From: Gemmatimonadaceae bacterium
GTDB taxonomy: Bacteria > Gemmatimonadota > Gemmatimonadetes > Gemmatimonadales > Gemmatimonadaceae
NCBI GenBank assembly: GCA_044224875.1
Contig: JBGAJQ010000002.1
Location: 64,001 to 128,000 of the forward strand
Direction of reading: 5' to 3'
DNA: 64,000 nucleotides
The notes under the pieces were generated by a model that saw only the letters and a list, made by a program, of their open reading frames with translations, did not search any database and was not told the DNA's origin. Shown here piece after piece: positions 42,346 through 53,109 of this stretch. The stretch's first letter is position 1. Every line of letters begins with the position of its first letter. Position numbers and translations under genes: made by a program.

Positions 42346-42361
42346 GCAAGGGGCGTGCCGA
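42346..42361 (-). promoter_or_regulatory. Putative sigma-54 (-24/-12) promoter
   Basis: Minus strand reads TCGGCACGCCCCTTGC, matching GGCACG-N4-TTGC, intergenic and upstream of the Ig-repeat gene. Confidence 0.6.
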
Positions 42362-42379
42362 CCCTGTCGCGTTGTCGCG

Positions 42380-44428
42380 TCACGTCCCCGGAAGGATAGC
42401 CCGCTGAAGCTGTGTCGTCATCTCCTCAGCGTGATGCGTCGGCGCATCGCAGATGTATCGCCGACACACGTAACCGGTCGCGCGACCCCCGACGGCGGCC
42501 TTGTCCCTTGTCAGCGCCGAGGTTCCTACGCGTCCGCCATATACGATCCCCAGCACGAGAGAAGGCGTAAAGTGTTGTGCAATAATTGTTTGCAGTGCCT
42601 TCAAGTCGCTCTTCCCCTCTTCTCCAGCGAGCACTACCTGAACGGGACCGAAGACATGCATGTCGGACACGCATAGAAGCTGTCCGAACGCGGTCGGATG
42701 ACTCACGGCTGACTCCGCTAGCTGCTCGAGGATCTCGCGTCCCAGCTCAGCGAACTCGGGGTTCCCGGTGATTTCTGCGACCCGCAGGAGCAGCTCCGCG
42801 GTTAAGGACTGCGCCGAGGGGGTCGCGTTGTCGACGACTTCCCGCGGGCGCGCGATGAGGAGCTCGTGGTCCGAGGCTGTGTCGAAGAAGATCCCATCCG
42901 GCTCAACCACGAAGTCCCGACATGCCGCGAGCGTGAGGCTGACGGCGCGCTCCAACCACAACTCGTCGCCCGTCAGCGTGTACATCTCAAGCAGCGCCAG
43001 ACCCAATGCGGACTGGTCCTCCAGGAAGCCCCGGCCTTTCGTGTGACCGTCGCGATGACTCCGCATGGCACGATCATTCACTACCATTTCGCGCCAAAGG
43101 AAGTTGGCGTTCTTCACCGCGAGTTCCCGATAGCGGGCGAGGTCGAACACGCGCGCGGCCTCAGCCACGGCGCGCAGCATCAGCGCATTCCAGGACGTGA
43201 GAATCTTCTCGTCGCGGCCGGGACGCGCACGTGATGCACGCTCCTTCAAGAGAATCGACGACGAACGTTTGATGGACGCGTCGACATCGACGACCGACAT
43301 TCCGAGTCGCTGCGCCACGACCTCAACCGGATTAGCCACAGAAAGGATGTTGCGACCCTCAAAGTTGCCGCTGACGGAGGTCCCCCAGTACGCCTCGGCT
43401 ACGGGAGCGTCGCTTCCCAGGAGGGCTTGGATCGCCGGCGCGGTCCAGACGTAGTACGTCCCCTCGTGTCCTTCAGAGTCGGCATCGAGGGAGGAATAGA
43501 AGCCGCCGGCGGGCGACGTCATTTCTCGTTCGAGCCAGGCGAGGGTCTGGTCCACCGTCACCCTGGCCAGCTCGAGCTTCGACGCCTGCCACATCGCGGT
43601 GGCCAATCTCACGAAGAGGGCGTTGTCGTAGAGCATCTTTTCGAAGTGCGGTACCAGCCACCGCTCATCGACGGAGTAGCGGTGGAGTCCGCCGCCGATC
43701 TGGTCGTAGATGCCTCCGTGCCGCATGGCGACAAAGGTGTGCTGGGCGATTTCCAATGCCTTCGCGTCGCGGGTGCGGGCCCAGTAATTCATCAGGAACA
43801 GGAGCGACATGGACGGCGGAAACTTTGGCGCGCCACCAAAGCCGCCAAAACGCTCGTCGTAGCTGGCGATGAGCTTTCGAGCCGCGCGTTGCAGCTCCTT
43901 CGCCGAGAGAGTGCCCGACGGTAGCCGTTGTTGCGACGCCTGATACACGTCGAGGATGGCCTTCCCGGTGGACTCTACGCGCTCGCGCTGGTTTCGGTAT
44001 GCGGCGGCGACCCCGGTAAGGATGCGGGAAAAGGACGGCAGCCCATGTCGGTCCGTTGGCGGGAAGTAGGTCCCACCGTAGAACGGAACACCATCCGGAG
44101 TCAGAAACACGGTCATCGGCCAGCCGCCGTGACCCGTCATGGCCTGCACGGCCTGCATATAGATGCCGTCGAGGTCAGGGCGTTCCTCGCGATCGACTTT
44201 CACATTCACGAAGAGATCGTTCATCAGCGCCGCGGTGGCTTCATTCTCGAACGACTCGTGCGCCATCACATGGCACCAGTGACAGGCGGCGTACCCAATG
44301 CTCAGCAAGATGGGTTTGTCCAGGGTCTTCGCCTGCTCCAGTGCTTCCGGTCCCCACGGAAGCCAGTCGACCGGGTTCATCGCATGCTGCTGGAGGTATG
44401 GCGAACTCTCGTTCGCGAGTCGGTTCAT
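42380..44428 (-). CDS. Thioredoxin-domain (DUF255/YyaL/SPATA20-like) protein
   Basis: '[16 protein letters not shown]', '[13 protein letters not shown]', 'KVDREERPD', '[11 protein letters not shown]'. Confidence 0.94.
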   Translation of the reverse strand: MNRLANESSPYLQQHAMNPVDWLPWGPEALEQAKTLDKPILLSIGYAACHWCHVMAHESFENEATAALMNDLFVNVKVDREERPDLDGIYMQAVQAMTGHGGWPMTVFLTPDGVPFYGGTYFPPTDRHGLPSFSRILTGVAAAYRNQRERVESTGKAILDVYQASQQRLPSGTLSAKELQRAARKLIASYDERFGGFGGAPKFPPSMSLLFLMNYWARTRDAKALEIAQHTFVAMRHGGIYDQIGGGLHRYSVDERWLVPHFEKMLYDNALFVRLATAMWQASKLELARVTVDQTLAWLEREMTSPAGGFYSSLDADSEGHEGTYYVWTAPAIQALLGSDAPVAEAYWGTSVSGNFEGRNILSVANPVEVVAQRLGMSVVDVDASIKRSSSILLKERASRARPGRDEKILTSWNALMLRAVAEAARVFDLARYRELAVKNANFLWREMVVNDRAMRSHRDGHTKGRGFLEDQSALGLALLEMYTLTGDELWLERAVSLTLAACRDFVVEPDGIFFDTASDHELLIARPREVVDNATPSAQSLTAELLLRVAEITGNPEFAELGREILEQLAESAVSHPTAFGQLLCVSDMHVFGPVQVVLAGEEGKSDLKALQTIIAQHFTPSLVLGIVYGGRVGTSALTRDKAAVGGRATGYVCRRYICDAPTHHAEEMTTQLQRAILPGT

Positions 44429-44577
44429 GGAGAAAGGTGAAGGTGTGGTCTTGCCGACACGACGACGGATGACGGGTATTCGCTGACCTATCCGTGTGAA
44501 AGGATAGCTTGCGACACCGCCGTCGGGCGAAGATGTTCGGCCACCGATTTCGTTCGCATCCAACCGACTCCGTACCC

Positions 44578-45954
44578 ATGAGCGCCACACTTTCCGCCGA
44601 TCTCGACCACTACTTCGGACAGCACGGAGCGCGCATGCAGCGCGAGCTGTTCGACTTCCTGCGTATTCCGAGCGTGAGCGCCAGAACGGAGCACGCCGCT
44701 GACGTGCAGCGCGCGGCAGAGTTTGTGCGCGATGCGTTGGTGGCGTCCGGGATGGCGTCTGAAATCATTCCGACACCGGGGCATCCGATCGTGCTGGGTG
44801 AGTGGCGGCAGGCGGGTCCGCAGGCTCCCACGTACCTGGTGTACGGACACTACGATGTCCAACCCGCGGAACCGCTGGAACTGTGGGAATCACCACCGTT
44901 TGAGCCGACGGTTCGCAATGGAAAGCTCTTTGCCCGGGGGTCTGTCGACGACAAAGGGCAGCTGTACCTGCACCTGAAGGCCCTCGAGGCACACCTCAAG
45001 GTTCGTGGCACACTGCCCGTGAACATCGTGGTCGTGGCCGAGGGCGAAGAGGAGGTAGGCAGCGACAACCTCGCCGACTTCGTGAAGACGAACGCCAAGC
45101 GTCTGGCGTGTGATGGCGTGGTCATTTCCGACTCATCCATGTTCGCGCCGGGAATCCCCTCGATCCTGTCTTCGTTGCGAGGGTTGGCGTACTTCCAGAT
45201 CGATGTCGAAGGACCGACCGTGGATCTGCACTCCGGCAGCTACGGCGGCGCGGTGGTGAACCCGGCAACGGCGCTCGCCCGCATCATTGCAAGCCTCCAC
45301 GACGCGAACCGGCATGTCGCGATCGCGGGGTTCTACGACCGCGTGCGGACGTGGCCCGAGGCAGTGCTGCAGCAGATGCGGGGATTGCCGTTCGACGAAG
45401 GGCATTTTCGCGCGGAAACAGGCGCCGAATCGTTAGGTGGCGAAGCGGCATACTCGACGCTGGAGCGGATCTGGACGCGGCCGACCTGCGAAGTGAATGG
45501 AATGCTGAGCGGCTACACCGGAGAGGGCGCGAAGACGGTGTTACCGTCCAAGGCCATGGCCAAGGTCAGCTGCCGCCTGGTCCCAGACCAAACGCCGGAC
45601 GAGATCGAAGCGCTCATGCGCGACCACGTGGCTCGTGTGGCGCCACCCGAAGTTCGAGTCACCGTGACGGCGCTCCACGGCGGCAAGCCGTGGCGTGGCG
45701 AGTTGACGGGGCCATTGTTCGACGCCGGTTGTCGCGCCCTCGAAGCCGCCTTTGGGCGGGCGCCAGTGATCGTTGGGGAAGGGGGATCGATTCCCGTGGT
45801 GGGTGACTTCGAGTCCATACTCGGAGCGCCTGTACTTCTGATGGGGTTTGGCCTGCCGGGCGAAAATGCCCACGCACCAAATGAGTGGATGAGCGTAGAG
45901 AATTTCGAGAAGGGGATGCGCGCGGTCGCAGCGCTGTGGGACTTACTGAAGTAG
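44578..45954 (+). CDS. M20 family dipeptidase
   Basis: 'YGHYDVQP', '[10 protein letters not shown]', 'EGEEEVGS', 'DLHSG', 'GGSIP', 'HAPNE'. Confidence 0.93.
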   Translation: MSATLSADLDHYFGQHGARMQRELFDFLRIPSVSARTEHAADVQRAAEFVRDALVASGMASEIIPTPGHPIVLGEWRQAGPQAPTYLVYGHYDVQPAEPLELWESPPFEPTVRNGKLFARGSVDDKGQLYLHLKALEAHLKVRGTLPVNIVVVAEGEEEVGSDNLADFVKTNAKRLACDGVVISDSSMFAPGIPSILSSLRGLAYFQIDVEGPTVDLHSGSYGGAVVNPATALARIIASLHDANRHVAIAGFYDRVRTWPEAVLQQMRGLPFDEGHFRAETGAESLGGEAAYSTLERIWTRPTCEVNGMLSGYTGEGAKTVLPSKAMAKVSCRLVPDQTPDEIEALMRDHVARVAPPEVRVTVTALHGGKPWRGELTGPLFDAGCRALEAAFGRAPVIVGEGGSIPVVGDFESILGAPVLLMGFGLPGENAHAPNEWMSVENFEKGMRAVAALWDLLK

Positions 45955-45980
45955 CCAACTTCTCGCCCCCCACACATCGA

Positions 45981-46062
45981 ATCGTCCAAAAATTTGGACG
46001 ATCGCTCGTTCTGGTGTCCTCGGGGCGCCTCGCAAAATACTATTTGACAACGAGTTAACTCG
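45981..46062 (+). promoter_or_regulatory. Promoter region with two palindromes and a TTGACA hexamer
   Basis: ATCGTCCAAA-AA-TTTGGACGAT (45981-46002), TTGACA (46044-46049), CGAGTTAACTCG (46051-46062). Confidence 0.55.
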
Positions 46063-46133
46063 GCTGGTGTGGTCGGGCATCGAGTGTGCTTTCTACGCTG
46101 GCGCTTCGGAGAAACGTCAACGAGGGAGCACCA

Positions 46134-46763
46134 ATGACCACTACTATCGTTCGCAGAATCGCCACGGCCGCTGTTGTTCTTCTTCCCAATGCGCTCGTCG
46201 CGCAGCGGTCCGTTCCCACCGTTGCCCGCGTCACGCCGTACGTTGGGTACATGACATTCGGGAATTACCTCAGTGGCCCGATCGGGACCCGAATCGCCAA
46301 CCAGAGCACCGCCGTGTATGGTGCGGAACTAGGAATCGACGTATCGCCTAACGTGGCGCTCGTCGGGAACATTGGATACGCCGATTCGAACGTGCAGGTC
46401 GGCCTCCCGATTATTGGCGGGTTGTCGATTGCCGACAGCAAGGTGCTCATGTACGATGGCGGCGTGCAGCTGCGCCTGCCGGCGACCACTGCTCTGGGTT
46501 CGGGTCTTGTGCCCTACGTACAGGGTGGCGCGGGTGCCATGCGATACGAAGTGAGATCGGGCCCACTTAAGACGCAGGCCACGAACTTTGCAGCGAATGT
46601 CGGGGGTGGCCTCGACGTCCAGCTCACTCGCAGCCTTGGAGTGCGTGGCATGGTGAAGGACTACATTGGCAAGTTCGACTTCAAGGAAGCCACGCAACTC
46701 AACCTGCATAACAACGTCGCCCACAACTGGGTGTATGGGCTGGGCCTGAACCTCGGGTTCTAA
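46134..46763 (+). CDS. Small outer membrane beta-barrel protein
   Basis: Signal peptide, amphipathic strands 'PYVQGGAG', 'NVGGGLD', C-terminal 'GLNLGF'; RBS GGGAG. Confidence 0.85.
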   Translation: MTTTIVRRIATAAVVLLPNALVAQRSVPTVARVTPYVGYMTFGNYLSGPIGTRIANQSTAVYGAELGIDVSPNVALVGNIGYADSNVQVGLPIIGGLSIADSKVLMYDGGVQLRLPATTALGSGLVPYVQGGAGAMRYEVRSGPLKTQATNFAANVGGGLDVQLTRSLGVRGMVKDYIGKFDFKEATQLNLHNNVAHNWVYGLGLNLGF

Positions 46764-46802
46764 CGATCGTCAGGCGAACGCAGGATGGGTGAGGGGCAAG
46801 GG

Positions 46803-46838
46803 GAAAGAGGCGCGGACCCACGGGTTCGCGCCTCTTTC
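46803..46838 (+). terminator. Intrinsic terminator
   Basis: Stem GAAAGAGGCGCGGACC/GGTTCGCGCCTCTTTC after the OMP gene. Confidence 0.7.
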
Positions 46839-46879
46839 GCGTGAGGCGCACCTAGCGGCGGGGCGTATATTCCCGCGCC

Positions 46880-49234
46880 ATGCCACTCCTGATGCTCTTG
46901 CCGATGCTCCTCGCCACGGATTCAACCGCTGGCGGCGTTTTTCACGGGCGCAGTCGCCAGCTCGACGTAAATGCACCACGCGTCGAGGCGGCGGTCGTGG
47001 TAGATGGAACGCTGAGCGAGCCGGTCTGGAAGCAGGCGGCAGTGCTCACCGGGTTCTCGCAGTACCAGCCCGCGGACCAGCTACCAGCTTCGGACTCCAC
47101 CGAGGTACTGGTGTGGTATTCGCCCACGGCCATTCACTTTGGAGTTCGGGCGTTCTCACCCGCGGGCACCGTGAACGCGCGCTTGTCTGATCGCGACAAG
47201 ATCCAGTCCGATGACTACGTAGAGATCATCCTCAGCACGTTCAATGACGGACGTCAGGCGTTCGTGTTCGGCGTGAATGCGCTCGGGGTTCAGTCGGACG
47301 GAACGATCAATGAGGGATCGAAGACGACGTCGGCGGGCAGCAGTTCCCAGGCGACCAGCGTGACGCAATCGGACCTCAGCGCGAACTTCGTCTACGAGTC
47401 CAAGGGGCACGTGACGGACTATGGCTACGAGGTGGAGGTGCGCATCCCGTTCAAGAGCCTGCGGTACCAGGCCACGGAGACCCAAGACTGGGGGATTCAG
47501 CTCACTCGGCAGGTGCAACATCTTGGGCACTTCGATACGTGGACACCGACGCGTCGCGACGCCGCCTCTTTCCTCGGGCAATCGGGAACACTGCGAGGCC
47601 TCCACGACCTGCGTCGAGGTCTGGTGGTCGATGTCAATCCGTCGATCGTCGCGCGGCAAAACGGTGCTCCCAAGTCGGATGGATCCTGGGGCTACGCGCC
47701 CGACGGCCCCGAGTACGGTGCCACGATCAAGTGGGGAATCACCAACAACCTGTCACTGAATGGCACGGTGAACCCGGACTTCTCGCAAGTCGAGACGGAT
47801 GTCGTGGCGTTCTCCTATGATCCGCGCCAGGCACTGTTCTACCCGGAGCGTCGTCCCTTCTTCCTAGAAGGCATCGAGAATTTCGCCGCGCCGAGTGGCT
47901 TGGTGTACACGCGGTCCATCGTGCAACCGGATGTGGCAGTGAAGCTGACGGGAAAGGCCATGGGGACCAACCTGGCCATCCTTTCGGCGCTCGACGACCG
48001 GGCCACCTCGCTGGATGGGACTGGACATCCCTTCGTGAACATCGTGCGAGCGGTGCGAGACCTGGGCACACAATCTCGGCTGGGTTTCACGTACACGGAT
48101 CGGATGGACGGCGACAGTGTCAACCGGGTGGTGGGGCTTGACGCCCAGGTCATTGCCAGGAAGTTGTGGCTGCTCAATGTGGCTGGCGCATTCAGCCGCA
48201 CGTCGTCTGGCGACTCCGTCCTGACGGCGCCGACGATCGCCGCCACGTTGTCGCGAAGCGGGCGCCGGTACGTGCTGAGCGCGCGACTGACGGGTGTGGA
48301 CCGGAATTTTGTTGCGCGCGCCGGATTCGTCGGACGGAAGGACGTGGCGGACTACGTCGTTTCAAACACGTGGAACTTCTACCGTCCGAAAGGATCGTTG
48401 ATCGAGACGTGGAATGTGGGGATCCGTGGTCAGGAGACAGGTTCCTATGACGCATTCGTGCATGGTGGTGCGTCCCAGGACCGGAAGCTGCACTTTATTG
48501 CGAATGCTGCAGCGCGTGGTGGCTGGCGCATGAATGCCGGCGTGTACTTCGAGAACTTCGGCTTCGATGAGCGACTGTACGCGCCCTATTACATCGAGCG
48601 AGATCTCGGGGCAGGGCGCTTGGACACGGTGAAGTTCACGGCCGCTGGCGACCCACGACTGCACAACGTCGATCTGACATTTCGGATTGTCACCCCAGAG
48701 TTCGCCAAGTTTTCCGGCGATTTCTTCTATATCGGGGGGAAGGACGAGAACTTCGACGAATGGCAGTCCGGTCTGATTCACTACATCACCGTCAACGCGC
48801 GCTTCCGTCCCACCGACCAGCTGCGTTTTGAGGCGCAGTATCAGCACCAGGAGTTCAACCGCTGGAAGTCGGGAAGCACGGTAAATATCCGCAAGGTGCC
48901 GCGAATCAAGATGGAGTATCAGGTGACTCGGTCCATTTTTGTTCGCTTTGTTGGCCAGTACGATGCGTTGCAGAAGCTGGACCTGCGCGATGACGAGCGC
49001 ACCAATTTCCCGTTGCTCTACCGCAACGCGGATGGTTCTTACACGCGGATGTCTGGGTTCACGTCAAACCGAATTCGCGGGGACTGGCTGTTCTCGTATC
49101 AGCCAACGCCAGGCACCGTATTCTTCGCTGGGTATGGCAGCACCATGCAGGAGCCGCGTACGTTCCGGTTTGGGAGTCTTGACCGAACCGTTGATGGATT
49201 CTTCGTCAAGTGGAGCTACCTCTTCCGGTTGTGA
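46880..49234 (+). CDS. CBM9-like plus DUF5916 outer membrane protein
   Basis: 'VDGTLSEPVW', 'VEVRIPFKSLRY', 'TVNPDFSQVETD', 'YPERRPFFLEG', 'FFVKWSYLFRL'. Confidence 0.85.
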   Translation: MPLLMLLPMLLATDSTAGGVFHGRSRQLDVNAPRVEAAVVVDGTLSEPVWKQAAVLTGFSQYQPADQLPASDSTEVLVWYSPTAIHFGVRAFSPAGTVNARLSDRDKIQSDDYVEIILSTFNDGRQAFVFGVNALGVQSDGTINEGSKTTSAGSSSQATSVTQSDLSANFVYESKGHVTDYGYEVEVRIPFKSLRYQATETQDWGIQLTRQVQHLGHFDTWTPTRRDAASFLGQSGTLRGLHDLRRGLVVDVNPSIVARQNGAPKSDGSWGYAPDGPEYGATIKWGITNNLSLNGTVNPDFSQVETDVVAFSYDPRQALFYPERRPFFLEGIENFAAPSGLVYTRSIVQPDVAVKLTGKAMGTNLAILSALDDRATSLDGTGHPFVNIVRAVRDLGTQSRLGFTYTDRMDGDSVNRVVGLDAQVIARKLWLLNVAGAFSRTSSGDSVLTAPTIAATLSRSGRRYVLSARLTGVDRNFVARAGFVGRKDVADYVVSNTWNFYRPKGSLIETWNVGIRGQETGSYDAFVHGGASQDRKLHFIANAAARGGWRMNAGVYFENFGFDERLYAPYYIERDLGAGRLDTVKFTAAGDPRLHNVDLTFRIVTPEFAKFSGDFFYIGGKDENFDEWQSGLIHYITVNARFRPTDQLRFEAQYQHQEFNRWKSGSTVNIRKVPRIKMEYQVTRSIFVRFVGQYDALQKLDLRDDERTNFPLLYRNADGSYTRMSGFTSNRIRGDWLFSYQPTPGTVFFAGYGSTMQEPRTFRFGSLDRTVDGFFVKWSYLFRL

Positions 49235-49245
49235 GGTGTTCGTCG

Positions 49246-50166
49246 ATGAGTCGTCGTTTTCGATGGATCATTCGCGGAGTGGCCAGTTGCTCGACTGGCG
49301 CGGTACTCGCGGGCCTTGGAGTCGCCGCCTGTGCCGCCCCCAATGCGAAGTCGGTCGCCAAAGATACGACGGCTGCTCCGTCAGCCCCAACGCCTGTGTT
49401 CGTCAAGAAGGTTGCATTCCGGGTGCCGCAAGAAAGCGAGATCAGTGATTCCGTCGTACTGGCAGCGGTCCGTCGTGGACGCGCACTGATTCAGCACACA
49501 CGGGATTCGCTGCCTGCAAATGTCGGCGCGGAGTTGCAGTGCAACAGCTGCCACGCGTTAGACGGAACCCAGAAGAATGCGATGCCGTTCGTCGGCGTCT
49601 ATGCGCGATTTCCGCAATACCGGAGCCGCGCCGGTGGTACGCAGATCATCGAGGATCGGGTCAACGACTGCTTCAAACGCAGCATGAACGGCCGGCCGCT
49701 GGTTCCAGAGAGTCGCGAGATGCGCGACATCGTGGCCTACATGGCCTTTCTCTCCTATGGATACCCTGTCGGAGCCGAGGCTGAAGGGCAGGGGTTTCCT
49801 CGCCTCGAACCGTTGCCAGGCGACACGACACGCGGGGCAGCGCTCTTCGCTGAAAAGTGTGTCCGGTGCCATGGTCCGAATGGGCAGGGGAGCGCACTGG
49901 CGCCGCCCACTTGGGGTCCGCGGTCGTTCAACGTCGGTGCGGGAATGGCGCGTCTGCGCACGGCAGCTGGCTTCATCAAGGAGCTGATGCCGCAAGACCA
50001 GCCGCGGACGCTGACGGCGCAACAGGCGTTTGACCTGGCGGCCTATATCACCTCACGATCGCGCCCCGACTTCAAGGGCAAGGAACGCGACTGGCCGCGG
50101 GGCGACCCACCACCTGACGTGGCGTATCCCACCGCGGCGGCCAAGGGAGCCAAGAAGGGCAAATAG
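49246..50166 (+). CDS. tsdA: Diheme c-type cytochrome, thiosulfate dehydrogenase TsdA-like, lipoprotein
   Basis: CxxCH twice ('CNSCH', 'CVRCH'), active-site-like 'EDRVNDCFKRSMNG', 'WGPRSFNVGAGMAR', 'FIKELMP'. Confidence 0.8.
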   Translation: MSRRFRWIIRGVASCSTGAVLAGLGVAACAAPNAKSVAKDTTAAPSAPTPVFVKKVAFRVPQESEISDSVVLAAVRRGRALIQHTRDSLPANVGAELQCNSCHALDGTQKNAMPFVGVYARFPQYRSRAGGTQIIEDRVNDCFKRSMNGRPLVPESREMRDIVAYMAFLSYGYPVGAEAEGQGFPRLEPLPGDTTRGAALFAEKCVRCHGPNGQGSALAPPTWGPRSFNVGAGMARLRTAAGFIKELMPQDQPRTLTAQQAFDLAAYITSRSRPDFKGKERDWPRGDPPPDVAYPTAAAKGAKKGK

Positions 50167-50186
50167 CCGATGCGACGGACCGGCGT

Positions 50187-50567
50187 CTAGTGAATGCCGG
50201 CCTCGGATTGCAGCCAGCGCACATACGCGGTGACCTGAATGGCATCCGCTTCGGACACTCCATCGACGGGCGGCATGTCGCCGTAGGTCCAATGATGCGC
50301 ACGTACTCCGCGCTGCACGGCGAGCAGGAAGGCGGCATCGGCGTGATGCCCTGGCGCATAGATCGCGTGCAGTAGGGGTGGACCGGAATCGGAACCGAGC
50401 CCCCATGTACCGTGGCAGCGCGCACAACGCGCCTGAAAGAGCGAGTCGCCCTCCGCCAGTACGGTTGGTGTTGGAGCTGGCGGATTGGGCAGGCGCGCCG
50501 AGGGCGCCTCCGGCCGACAAGCGGCCAACACCAACACCATGGGAACGGCCCACCGGGCGTGGTTCAT
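50187..50567 (-). CDS. Small monoheme cytochrome c lipoprotein
   Basis: 'LAAC' lipobox, 'CARCHG', 'GPPL', 'GHHAD', 'AHHWTYGDMPP'. Confidence 0.88.
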   Translation of the reverse strand: MNHARWAVPMVLVLAACRPEAPSARLPNPPAPTPTVLAEGDSLFQARCARCHGTWGLGSDSGPPLLHAIYAPGHHADAAFLLAVQRGVRAHHWTYGDMPPVDGVSEADAIQVTAYVRWLQSEAGIH

Positions 50568-51427
50568 GCCGGCGAAGCCGCCGCCTCAGCGGCAGGCGCT
50601 CCGAACAGGCGGCGGTCGTCATCCATCAGTTCCCGGACGCGATCCATGACATGGTCGGTGATCACCTTGTAGGTGCTTCCCTTCCCTGGTAGGGAAAGGA
50701 ACGGTTCGATGTCGACCGGCGCGCCAAAATGGATGCGGATGGGGAGGGGAGAACGCCAATTCGCCGCGACCTGATTCCACAAGGTGTTCTCGAGCCCGAC
50801 AACAAACACCGGGATCACACGGGGCCGCGCCGTATGGATGATGCGACCAGTGCCGGGTTGCACCCGCCGCAGCGTATACGGGTCCGGGTTCAGGTTGCGT
50901 CCGCCCTCCGGGTGAATGCCCACCATGGTCTGACTTCCCGCGCTCAGGAGCACGACGAGCGTTTCCAGCGAATGCCGGTCGACATCGCGATGCGATGCCG
51001 CGGCAAAGAGTGGCGGAAACATGGTCCAGAAGCCGGCGGTCGCGTTGGCGACGAGCCCGAATGGCTTGGTGTAATACGGATTCCCCATGATGGGGAAGTA
51101 GAGGTTTCGCCTAACGCCGGTGTGCCGGTACACCTCACTCGACACCACGAACATATCGAAATACGAGCGGTGATTGGCGACGAGCAGTATCGGGCGATCC
51201 GGTGGTGCCGCCTTGACGTGCTCCATGCCAAACACGGCGGTCCGTCGCGCGGTGACGGATCGAATGAAGATCGACCCCAAGGTGTACTGCCAAAGGCTCA
51301 TCCACCGCTTCAACAGCCCACTATTCATCCGACGAGCCAACCGATAGTGCAGGCGCTCAAGCGGGGTGAGCGCCCGCAGAAGCTCGTCGGGGGCCTTGGG
51401 AATAGACCGTGGCGGAGGTGAGAACAT
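50564..51427 (-). CDS. Lysophospholipid acyltransferase (PlsC-like)
   Basis: 'NHRSYFD' (HX4D), 'HPEGGR'. Confidence 0.88.
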   Translation of the reverse strand: MFSPPPRSIPKAPDELLRALTPLERLHYRLARRMNSGLLKRWMSLWQYTLGSIFIRSVTARRTAVFGMEHVKAAPPDRPILLVANHRSYFDMFVVSSEVYRHTGVRRNLYFPIMGNPYYTKPFGLVANATAGFWTMFPPLFAAASHRDVDRHSLETLVVLLSAGSQTMVGIHPEGGRNLNPDPYTLRRVQPGTGRIIHTARPRVIPVFVVGLENTLWNQVAANWRSPLPIRIHFGAPVDIEPFLSLPGKGSTYKVITDHVMDRVRELMDDDRRLFGAPAAEAAASPA

Positions 51428-51540
51428 CGATCAGTTCTAGTGCTGGCGGGGCAAGTGAGTCGGCATAGGTTCCGGTGGTCGGTCGCCGTGCAGCGTACGA
51501 CCTGCTTCAGGAGTGCAAACCGAATGCCGAAGGGAGGAAG

Positions 51541-53109
51541 ATGACGCCAGACATGCCATCAGCCAACATCCGCGTGTGGAAGTGGGCCGTGCGGCTCGTG
51601 GTGCTCGGGCAGCTTGCGTGGCCGTCCCTTTGCGGCGCACAGAGCGATGTCGCGTTCCCTCCACAGGTGCATGCTAGGCGTCGTGCGGCGTTGGAGCGCC
51701 TAACGGGTGACGCGGTGATCGTCGTCCCCGGTCGCTACATGATCAACCCCGGCGATGAGCCCATCAGGCAAGACCCGAACTTCTGGTACCTGACGGGTGT
51801 CGAGTCGCCATTCAGCATACTGCTCATGGTTCCCGAGCGTGGCACGGCGGGAAGCTCGCTGTCCTTGCGCTGGAGGAGCTACCTCTTTGTCCCGGAGCGC
51901 TACCAGTATGCGGGGGGCCAGTTTCCGATGGCCGACACGCGCTTTCGTCAGGCTCCCTGGAATCGCCCACCCGCTCGACTGACACCAGGCGAAGAGTCGG
52001 CGCGCGCAGTCGGTGTCGATGGCGTGTTTCCGATTGACTCCTTCGTTCCCCGCCTGTTCGACTTTGCTCGCGACGCGAAGGTCCTCTACGTTCCCGTCGA
52101 CGGACCTCTGAGTCTGCCGGCAAACTTCCCGGGCGTACTGTCGTTCAACGACGGATTCATCGCTGGTGTAAGCGCGTTGTTGCCCGGAATGGAACGCAGG
52201 GATCTCACGCCACTAATGGCGCGACTTCGCGCGGTGAAGGATTCCCTGGAGGTCCGGGCGCTTCGCAAGGCAGCCGAGATCTCGGGCAAAGGCATGGTGG
52301 AGATGATGCGCGCTACTCGCCCCGGCATGCGTGACCGGGAGATCGCCGGGCTCATGGAGTTCGTCTGGAAGCGCGAGGGTTCACCGCGTGCCGCCTTTAC
52401 GCCAATCGTGTCGTCGGGGCCCGACGCGATGACGTTGTTCACCTTGCAACGTGAACGATACAATGCCGTGAACCACGTGATGCGGTCGGGCGAGCTGCTA
52501 TTCGTCGACTATGGAGCGGCGGAATGGATGATGTACGGATCCGATCTGTGCCGGACCGTGCCCGTGTCCGGTCACTTCACGCCAGTCCAACGGAAGTACT
52601 ATGACGTGGTACTCCAGGCGCAGGAAGCGGCGATCGCGGCCATACGTCCGGGCGTGCTGATGGTGGACGTGATCAAGGCGGCGGCAATGGTGTTCAGGAG
52701 TCACGGCCTCGAGCCTAACGAGGACGTTGACCGCATGGGTGTGGACCACGTATGGGGGATCATGCCCTCCCCCACTCACTACTTGACGCGCAATGCTGGC
52801 GTGACGCGGTACAGTGCCGCTGGTTTCGGTGTACGAGACATCGGCCACCATGTGGGGCTGGAAGCCACCGACGGGCGCGACTGGACGCGGCCGCTGGAAC
52901 CGGGGATGGTCGTAACGGTAGAGCCCAAGCTGTACATCCCGGACGAACAGATTGCGATCATGATCGAGGACGAAATCCTTGTTACAGCTGACGGGCACGA
53001 CAACCTCTCGGCCAACGTGCCGAAGCGCGCCGTGGACATCGAGCGCGTGATGGCGGAAGGACGGCGAGCTCGATCGCGCCCCTCACGTCCCCCGGAGGGC
53101 GCCAAATGA
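51541..53109 (+). CDS. Xaa-Pro aminopeptidase (M24B), exported
   Basis: 'RQDPNFWYLTG', 'VDYGA..SDLCRT', 'GHHVGL', 'TVEPKLY', 'IEDEI'; RBS GGAGG. Confidence 0.88.
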   Translation: MTPDMPSANIRVWKWAVRLVVLGQLAWPSLCGAQSDVAFPPQVHARRRAALERLTGDAVIVVPGRYMINPGDEPIRQDPNFWYLTGVESPFSILLMVPERGTAGSSLSLRWRSYLFVPERYQYAGGQFPMADTRFRQAPWNRPPARLTPGEESARAVGVDGVFPIDSFVPRLFDFARDAKVLYVPVDGPLSLPANFPGVLSFNDGFIAGVSALLPGMERRDLTPLMARLRAVKDSLEVRALRKAAEISGKGMVEMMRATRPGMRDREIAGLMEFVWKREGSPRAAFTPIVSSGPDAMTLFTLQRERYNAVNHVMRSGELLFVDYGAAEWMMYGSDLCRTVPVSGHFTPVQRKYYDVVLQAQEAAIAAIRPGVLMVDVIKAAAMVFRSHGLEPNEDVDRMGVDHVWGIMPSPTHYLTRNAGVTRYSAAGFGVRDIGHHVGLEATDGRDWTRPLEPGMVVTVEPKLYIPDEQIAIMIEDEILVTADGHDNLSANVPKRAVDIERVMAEGRRARSRPSRPPEGAK

